DNA of 61,214 nucleotides from Anaerolineae bacterium (GTDB lineage Bacteria > Chloroflexota > Anaerolineae > B4-G1). The translations under genes were made by a program, and so were the position numbers. Position 1 is the stretch's first letter; each line of letters starts with the position of its first letter. The stretch is from the NCBI GenBank assembly GCA_034430655.1, contig DAOUEC010000177.1, positions 1 through 61,214 on the forward strand, written 5' to 3'. The notes below the pieces were generated by a model, which had not been told where the DNA came from, made no database searches, and saw only the letters and a list, made by a program, of their open reading frames with translations. Of this stretch, positions 55,763-61,214 are shown one piece after another.

Positions 55763-56604
55763 CGCTCTCCGACTCTCCTCTCCCCAACGCTCATCTCACC
55801 CATCTTGATCAGTTTCAAGCGCGGGATGCGCCGCGTCAGGCACTCGGTCCAGCACAGGCCGCAGCCGGTGCACTTGTCCTCGTCCACGTAGCGGGCCTTC
55901 TTGCGCACCTTGACCTTGAAGTTGCCCACATAGCCCGAAACTTCCTCGACCACACTGTAACTCAGGAGCGTGATGTTGGGATGCCGACCGGCATCCATCA
56001 TCTTGGGGCCCAGAATTCAGGTACTACAGTCGAGGGTGGGGAAAGTCTTGTCCAGTTCGGCCATGTGCCCACCGATGGAGGGCTCCCGCTCGACCAGGTA
56101 GACCGGGTAGCCAGCGTCGGCCATCGTGAGCGCCGCCTGGATGCCGGCGATGCCCCCGCCGACGACGAGTGCCGCTTTGGTGACCGGCTCCACGCGCGGC
56201 TCCAATGCCTCCTGGTAGGCCACCCGATAGACGGCCGAACTGACCAGCCGCTTTGCCTTGGCGGTCGCCAGCCCCATGTCCTTGATGACCCAGGAGCAGT
56301 GCTCGCGGATGTTGGCCATGGCGAAGTAGTAGGGATTGAGGCCGGCCTCGGCGACGGCGGTCTGAAAGGTGGGCTCGTGCATGCGCGGGGTGCAGGAAGC
56401 GACCACCACGCGGGTGAGGCCCAACTCCCGGATGTCGTCCTTGATCATGTTCTGGCCGGGCTCGGAGCACATGTACCTGTACTGGCGGGCGACGGTCACG
56501 TTGGGCAGCCGGCTGGCAAAGGCGACCACTTCGGGCACATTGACCGTGGCGGCGATGTTGATACCGCACTCGCAGATGTACACGCCGATTTTAGGTTGCT
56601 CCAT
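55759..56604 (-). CDS. hdrA: N-terminal third of HdrA as a stand-alone ORF, with in-frame UGA (predicted selenocysteine)
   Basis: ORFs 56017..56727 and 55759..56001 share one frame and are joined by TGA at 56017..56019. The read-through '[27 protein letters not shown]' aligns with '[27 protein letters not shown]' of the Cys paralog. Start ATG 56604 (MEQPKIGVYICECG). Homology ends after 'CTGCGLCWTEC', and the ORF stops at 55759. Confidence 0.8.
55979..55996 (-). promoter_or_regulatory. Candidate SECIS hairpin for the hdrA N-fragment
   Basis: The minus-strand RNA is GGAUGCC-GGUC-GGCAUCC: a 7-bp stem and a GGUC loop. It starts 20 nt after the UGA. Confidence 0.6.
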
Positions 56605-56679
56605 ATTTACACCTCTCATCTGTGATAGCAAGATTCGTCCATCCATTGATAATGCTGCAATGTCATACACACCTCCTAA

Positions 56680-56749
56680 AATGAATGGCGAATGGCGAAT
56701 TGCGAATGGCGAATTTTCCCAGGTCATTCGCCATTCGTCATTCTACAGG
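56680..56749. repeat. Heptamer arrays (GAATGGC / GAATTGC) in inverted orientation
   Basis: The left arm reads aatgaat ggcgaat ggcgaat tgcgaat ggcgaat. The right arm reads ggtcatt cgccatt cgtcatt. It lies between the stop of the 56743 gene and the hdrA-N start. Confidence 0.85.
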
Positions 56750-57963
56750 TATTCAACCGACACCAACTTGCCCCGCGCCTTCATATCGCGTATCAGTTCC
56801 TCCACCACCAACTGCCGCAGCGGGACGGTGCCGGAATTTGTAATTTCGATTTTCGATTTTCGAATTTCCATGGCCTGGGCAGGATTGACCGCCAGGCCGA
56901 CGATGAAGTGGATTCTGTCGGCTGCCAGCAGCGCACGGGCCAGCCGCGTGGCGCCGTCTTCCCCTCCAGGCAGATCGCGTACTCGCTTCGCCTCCGCCAT
57001 GCGTTCCCGCGCTTTGCCCAGCGTCACCAACCCCTCCGTGACCAGGTCCACCCCCTCCAGGCGCGAGACGGGCGGCACCTCTGCCCAGCCATCTTCGGGG
57101 CGGGGCTCTAACTCCAACCTGGCCCCCAGCAGCCGGGCGGCGATCTGGGCGGTGGTATCGCCGCATAAGACCCGTGTGCCCGGCTCCACCATCAATTTCT
57201 CCAGCGTTGCCTCGTCCTGTGCCGGGTCGGCCGGCGGGCCGGTCCAGACGGTGGCGCGGCGCTCTGGGCGGACATGCATGGCTACGACAGTCACGTCCTG
57301 CCGGGGTGGTTCGGGGTTCAGGCGGCGGTAGGTGCGCAGCAGCGCGCCCAGCAGTTCGTCGGCGTCGCAGCGGGTGTCGGTCCAGCGCCGTACGGCGACA
57401 GCGATGTCGGTCCAGCCCCACCCCCCTCTCCGCCCCCCCCCGGCCCCCCCCAACTTTGGGGGGGAAGTCCCCCTATAGGGGGGATGGGAGGGTTGGGGGC
57501 ACAGGTAGCCCTGGCCGACCATCACCATGTAGTCGCCATCGCGCAGCCGGAAGCGACATTCGCGCAATAGCCGCCCGTGGACGACCTCCTCGCTTAGCGG
57601 CAGGAACTCCACCTCGCCGCCTCGGATCAGGCACAAAGGCAGGGTTTCGCACTCCACCAGGTGGGCCTGGTCTCCGTCCAACACCTGCAGGATGGAGAAG
57701 GTGACCTCCGAACGTGAAACGTGTGGCGCAGCGATGAGGGTCTCCGCCACGCGGTCAGGCGCGTCTCCCGCTTGCAGCATTCCCAGAGCGTGCTCCGCCG
57801 TCCGCCCGGCTTGCGCCGCTCCCTTCACCCCGCCCTGCGGGCTGCTGGCAAGGATGGCGCAAAAATACTCTTCGGTTCGAAAGGTTCTCACCGCTTCCCC
57901 GCACACCTCTTCACCGGCCCGGGCGAGGCTCTGATGCGTGGTCTCAATCCACAAACTCGACAT
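56743..57963 (-). CDS. Regulatory protein with a degenerate SpoIIE/PP2C-like N-domain (putative)
   Basis: 406 aa. The N-half loosely fits the SpoIIE-type phosphatase topology ('CGEAV...FCAILASS...'), but the acidic metal ligands are not obvious. Its position between an HATPase gene and a NuoE/F cluster matches regulator sets seen next to bifurcating hydrogenase and FDH operons. Confidence 0.45.
   Translation of the reverse strand: MSSLWIETTHQSLARAGEEVCGEAVRTFRTEEYFCAILASSPQGGVKGAAQAGRTAEHALGMLQAGDAPDRVAETLIAAPHVSRSEVTFSILQVLDGDQAHLVECETLPLCLIRGGEVEFLPLSEEVVHGRLLRECRFRLRDGDYMVMVGQGYLCPQPSHPPYRGTSPPKLGGAGGGRRGGWGWTDIAVAVRRWTDTRCDADELLGALLRTYRRLNPEPPRQDVTVVAMHVRPERRATVWTGPPADPAQDEATLEKLMVEPGTRVLCGDTTAQIAARLLGARLELEPRPEDGWAEVPPVSRLEGVDLVTEGLVTLGKARERMAEAKRVRDLPGGEDGATRLARALLAADRIHFIVGLAVNPAQAMEIRKSKIEITNSGTVPLRQLVVEELIRDMKARGKLVSVEYL
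56833..56867. repeat. Heptamer array inside the 56743..57963 CDS (CGATTTT / CGAATTT)
   Basis: The sequence reads ggaattt gtaattt cgatttt cgatttt cgaattt. It encodes 'EIRKSKIEITNS'. Confidence 0.85.
57444..57483. repeat. C7/8-AACTTT-G7-AAG hairpin element (copy 2) plus an adjacent C5-TATA-G6 palindrome, inside a CDS
   Basis: 57445..57467 is identical to 22846..22868 and is followed by ccccctatagggggg. It encodes 'PPYRGTSPPKLGGAGGG'. Confidence 0.9.
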
Positions 57964-57985
57964 CCGCCCTCAATTAATCTGCGTC

Positions 57986-58525
57986 CTACCTCAGTCCAGC
58001 CTCCCCTTCGGCGATGAACTCCCCCAGCCAGCGCCGCACGGCCGGGTGGGTGAGCGGCACGCCCCCCAACTCGGCCCGCAACTCGGCCGTGTCGAACTCG
58101 AAGATGCGCCCGTCCACGCGGTGGACGTAGTGAAGATCAACGGGCCGCTCGGCCATGAGAAACGCCAATAGCGTGCCTTTGACGTCGCCCAGTGGGGCGC
58201 GATCAATGTGACTATGCTGAAAAGTGACGACCACCCGCGTCCCCTGCCCGACCTGCGATTCGACGCGCAGCGCACCGTTGCATCGCTCAGCGGCGGCGGC
58301 GAGGAGCGGCAACCCCAACCCCACGTGGCGCGTCCGGCGCGTGGTGAAGAAGGGATCGAGCACGCGGGCCAGCGTCCCCTCGTCCATCCCTTTTCCGTTG
58401 TCAATGACCTCGATGGTCAGCCGGTCGGCCTCCAGGTCTTCCTCGATTCGTAACTCGACCCGCGTTGCATCCGCCTCAATAGTGTTCTCCAGCACATCCA
58501 GGATGTGTAGAGATAACTCTAGCAC
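57986..58525 (-). CDS. Histidine-kinase-like ATPase (HATPase_c only)
   Basis: 'LHILDVLENTIEADATRVEL', 'VIDNGKGMD' and 'GLGLPLLAAAAE'. GTG 58525 has GGGAG upstream and overlaps the PHP gene stop (GTGCTAG). Confidence 0.8.
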   Translation of the reverse strand: MLELSLHILDVLENTIEADATRVELRIEEDLEADRLTIEVIDNGKGMDEGTLARVLDPFFTTRRTRHVGLGLPLLAAAAERCNGALRVESQVGQGTRVVVTFQHSHIDRAPLGDVKGTLLAFLMAERPVDLHYVHRVDGRIFEFDTAELRAELGGVPLTHPAVRRWLGEFIAEGEAGLR

Positions 58526-59283
58526 GCCACCGCTCCCGACCGCAGCCCGTCCACCCATACCTCACGGCCCTCGGCGCCGGCCAGGGCCAGGGCGATCTCG
58601 GCGACTGTGGGCGCGGCCATTTTGAACGTCGTGCGCCTCACCATCTCCTTCAGCCGGTGGGCGTCACCGTTCGCCACCAGGCTATAATGCGCCAGTTGGG
58701 GGAAGCGTTCGCGGGCCTCGACCGGGCCGATGTTGGTTGAGATCTCAACCCCCACGACGTCCAACTCCGGCGGGATAAAGCCCAGGTTGGAGATGATGCT
58801 GTACATCGTCCGGTCCACGTGGGCCGGGACGCACAGCCCGTCCAGTTCACGCACACGCTGTACCACGTCTTCTACAGAAAAAAAGGTCGAGATCAGGAGC
58901 AGCCGGTCGAGGTAGCCCACTGGCTCCCCGACCGCGTCGAGCAGCAGTTGCTCTCCGAAGAATGCCTCGTCGTTCTTAAGTGGCGGCATGTTAGCGTAGA
59001 CCTGCTCCTGCCAGGAAGCCGCTTGCTCCAACGTATCGAACAGGGTGAGCAGGTGCACCTCCTCGCGGGTCTGAATCTCCATGCCCGGAAGCACCGTGAC
59101 GCCTGTGCCCTGTGCGGCGCTGACCACCGCTGCGGCGTTCTCGGCCGAGTTGTGGTCGGTGACGGCGATGATCTGTAGTCCCAGTTCCTGCGCCCGCTCC
59201 ACGATGAGATCCGGGAGCATCTCCAGTTCGGCGCAAGGCGAAAGACAGGTGTGAATGTGCAGGTCAGCCAGGAAAAAGTGCAT
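58519..59283 (-). CDS. PHP-domain metal-dependent phosphoesterase
   Basis: 'FLADLHIHTCLSPCA' and 'IIAVTDHNS'. Confidence 0.85.
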   Translation of the reverse strand: MHFFLADLHIHTCLSPCAELEMLPDLIVERAQELGLQIIAVTDHNSAENAAAVVSAAQGTGVTVLPGMEIQTREEVHLLTLFDTLEQAASWQEQVYANMPPLKNDEAFFGEQLLLDAVGEPVGYLDRLLLISTFFSVEDVVQRVRELDGLCVPAHVDRTMYSIISNLGFIPPELDVVGVEISTNIGPVEARERFPQLAHYSLVANGDAHRLKEMVRRTTFKMAAPTVAEIALALAGAEGREVWVDGLRSGAVAC

Positions 59284-59289
59284 GAGGCC

Positions 59290-59577
59290 TCATAACAGGC
59301 CAGCCTCTTCAACGAGTTCTTGTACCTCGATCAGGAACTCGACCATGGTTACTGGCCTTGCTCCTTCTGAGCTGAAGTCGTGGGCATCAGGGTCATCGTA
59401 GGGATGCCGATGCCAGACACCACCCACGCAATCACGAGCGTAAAGTCGTTGGCGTCCCAGGACAAGGACGCAGTTTTGTGTGCCTGTCACCACATTGACA
59501 TATACCTGGATGAAGAACTCCGGCCCCGCAGCAGTAACCTCCCGCTCCCAATCATCAACGGTTTCGGGCACTCCCAC
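59290..59577 (-). CDS. Hypothetical small protein
   Basis: 95-aa ORF with a GTG start that overlaps the upstream small ORF. No recognisable family. G+C is lower than the neighbours. Confidence 0.4.
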   Translation of the reverse strand: MGVPETVDDWEREVTAAGPEFFIQVYVNVVTGTQNCVLVLGRQRLYARDCVGGVWHRHPYDDPDAHDFSSEGARPVTMVEFLIEVQELVEEAGLL

Positions 59578-59875
59578 CGTCTCCCAGTCTGGCTAGTTGC
59601 TCCCTCAGCGCGGCAAGCCCCGTAACGGCCATCTCCCAGTCACAGTAGTCGGACTCTACCTCAAAACCGTATCCCTGCTTCTCGACCACACGCCGCTCCC
59701 GGAACTCTTCGAAGCTCATCTCGTACTTGTGGCGGAAGCGACGGTCCATCAGTTCGTAGCGATTCATCCGCCGTCGGATTTCGCTCGCCAGAATTTGCCG
59801 CACACTAACATCAGCGCTGATCGCTGGCGCAAGTTGACGTGCGACCTCTAATGTGTACGCTGCAATCTCCCCCAT
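59555..59875 (-). CDS. Hypothetical small protein (antitoxin-like helical pattern, speculative)
   Basis: 106 aa. 'RFRHKYEMSFEEFRERRVVEKQGYGFEVESDYCDWEMA' recalls small partner proteins of toxin-antitoxin-like pairs. There is no firm family assignment. Confidence 0.4.
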   Translation of the reverse strand: MGEIAAYTLEVARQLAPAISADVSVRQILASEIRRRMNRYELMDRRFRHKYEMSFEEFRERRVVEKQGYGFEVESDYCDWEMAVTGLAALREQLARLGDGGSARNR

Positions 59876-59929
59876 CTCTCAGCTAACTCCTGCTCTGCCA
59901 TCACGCAGAGAATATGGCTGCAGTTCACC

Positions 59930-60003
59930 CTCCCCCTCAGTGATGAACTCCTCCAACCGGCGCTGCACTTTCCTCAATGCAACTCGACCCGCGTTATGCC
60001 GGC
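59930..60003 (-). pseudogene. Internally deleted remnant of a paralog of the 57986..58525 ATPase gene
   Basis: 59930..59968 is about 80% identical (by eye) to the 3' end of the ATPase gene at 57990..58029. The 15-mer aactcgacccgcgtt at 59981..59995 equals 58452..58466. The roughly 420 nt between these two blocks in the intact gene are missing here. Confidence 0.6.
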
Positions 60004-60047
60004 CTCGCGTGGCAGGCCCACCGGGCGACACCCCAGTAGGGACAGGG

Positions 60048-61214
60048 TTACCCAGCCCCCACAGCGGCCTGCATGGACTTCCACACCAGTTCGGTGAGGT
60101 CCATCGCCCGCATGCGGATCTTGTTCTGGCGTGCGCCCTCCTGCAGTGTGCGCTTGCACTGCTGGCAGGCGGAGAGGACGTACTTCGCGCCAGTGGCCTG
60201 CGCCTGCGCCATGCGCTTCGCCGCGACGCCGGCGGTAACGGTGCGGTCGGCTACTTCGACGTCGCCGCCACCCCCGCAGCAAAGGGCGTTCTCGCGGCTG
60301 GCGGACATCTCGCGGAACTCCAGCCCCGGTATGCGGGCTATCACCTCACGTGGCGCGTCATAGACCCCGCTCTTGCGCCCCAGGTCACAGGGGTCGTGAT
60401 AGGTCATGACCGCCTCCACCGGCCCGAGGGCCAATTTGTCGCCGGCGAGCAGTTCGGCCAGAAACTCGCTGGCGTGCTGCAACTGGATGCCGGAGATGTC
60501 CACGACCTCGGGGTAGAGATGCGTCCAGGCGTAGTAGCAGGAGGGGCAAGTGAAGACGATCTTTTTGGCCCCCACGGCCCGTGCCTTCTGAACGTTGTGC
60601 TGGGCCAACTTAGCCATGCGATCACCCATTCCCGCGATGTGGAGGGGATAGCCACAACACCACTCATCCCTGCCCAGCGTGGTGAACTCCACATCGGCCC
60701 GCTCCATAATCTGCACGAACGCCTGGGGGATGCTGTAGACGCGGGGGTAGAAGGAACTGACGCAGCCGATGAAGTAAAGAACCTCGGCCTTCCTGCGGCG
60801 GGGCTTGACGCCACGCGGAGTATGGGCGAGGTTCTGGCTCCAAATCTGGCGGCTCTTGTTATCGTCGCCGGAGATGTTGTGGCTGCTGGCAATTGTCTCC
60901 CCGAACATCTTCATTCCCTCAGGGACATTGACGTCCACCCGCGTGGCGTACTCCTTGAGAGCGATCATCGTATCCGTGATCGGGATGCCTCGCGGGCAGC
61001 GCACCTGACACGACTTACAGGTGGTACAGAGCCAGAAGGTGCGGCTGGACAGAACGTCCTCTTTCATTCCCAGTCGCACCATTTGCCACAGTTGGCGGGG
61101 GGTATAGTCCATCGCGAAGGCGGTGGGACACGAGGCACTACAGGTGCCGCATTGGATGCAGGAGAGCAGTTGCTCCCACTCCGGCGTCACCTGTCTGGCC
61201 AGTGTACGATCGAG
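60048..61214 (-). CDS. HdrD/GlpC-like Fe-S protein with CCG domains (5' end possibly beyond the window)
   Basis: 'CIQCGTCSASCP', 'CTTCKSCQVRCP', and the CCG-type motifs 'CPSCY' and 'LCCGGGG'. The frame stays open to the window edge. GTG 61190 is a possible start. Confidence 0.8.
   Translation of the reverse strand, partial: LDRTLARQVTPEWEQLLSCIQCGTCSASCPTAFAMDYTPRQLWQMVRLGMKEDVLSSRTFWLCTTCKSCQVRCPRGIPITDTMIALKEYATRVDVNVPEGMKMFGETIASSHNISGDDNKSRQIWSQNLAHTPRGVKPRRRKAEVLYFIGCVSSFYPRVYSIPQAFVQIMERADVEFTTLGRDEWCCGYPLHIAGMGDRMAKLAQHNVQKARAVGAKKIVFTCPSCYYAWTHLYPEVVDISGIQLQHASEFLAELLAGDKLALGPVEAVMTYHDPCDLGRKSGVYDAPREVIARIPGLEFREMSASRENALCCGGGGDVEVADRTVTAGVAAKRMAQAQATGAKYVLSACQQCKRTLQEGARQNKIRMRAMDLTELVWKSMQAAVGAG

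Noticed and set aside
59974-60282. A 102-aa minus-strand ORF overlapping the 3' end of the HdrD-like gene.
   Set aside because: It is an Arg-rich shadow frame. Only its last few codons ('ITRVELH') are meaningful, as part of the ATPase-gene remnant described separately.
1-61214. Search for transposases, integrases, rRNA/tRNA genes, prophage genes and Rex-type (TTGTGAA-N4-TTCACAA) operators near the hydrogenase and NuoEF operons.
   Set aside because: None were recognised by eye in any frame. The low-G+C patches (1..1550, 18300..18550, 37323..37860, 59290..59900) lack terminal inverted repeats or recombinase genes.

Overview
High-G+C bacterial window with dense, largely co-directional coding. 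GroEL, the promoter style and the gene content look Chloroflexota-like, but that assignment is only an inference.

The left third (1-18.2 kb) is mostly housekeeping and stress genes:
- a low-G+C islet carrying a Phd/YefM antitoxin gene directly coupled to a DNA methyltransferase
- ADP-forming acetyl-CoA synthetase
- a phospholipase D (PLD)-family protein
- groES-groEL with a textbook CIRCE operator
- CsoR, a protein-disulfide oxidoreductase, trxB, nfo, an M23 peptidase and sat

From about 19.1 kb to the right edge, roughly 40 kb on the minus strand is one redox super-cluster:
- an Flx-like module (Fe-S proteins, FAD/NAD protein, HdrA, MvhD)
- a sensor kinase with two receiver proteins
- a selenocysteine formate dehydrogenase (fdhA with in-frame UGA plus SECIS hairpin, the selenocysteine-insertion element) with a fused NuoE/F-like beta subunit and DRTGG/CBS-ATPase regulators
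- mobA and a formate/nitrite transporter
- a complete hypABFCDE set plus the maturation protease
- an Mvh-type [NiFe] hydrogenase (mvhDGA)
- a second Hdr/Nuo-type cluster with two more MvhD paralogs, a double-length HdrA-like protein and a split hdrA
- an HdrD-like gene running off the right edge

The split hdrA is the main system-level finding. Its N-terminal half carries an in-frame UGA (predicted selenocysteine). Its C-terminal half is fused to a NuoG-like domain. The two halves bracket NuoE, a 2Fe-2S ferredoxin and NuoF.

Superimposed on all this is an unusual repeat landscape:
- tandem heptanucleotide arrays occur between genes and also in-frame inside hypF (four sites), hypE and a regulator gene
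- an 11-mer array lies between hypA and hypB
- a C7-N6-G7 hairpin element is inserted into two unrelated ORFs in different reading frames

No rRNA, tRNA, CRISPR array or transposase was recognised.
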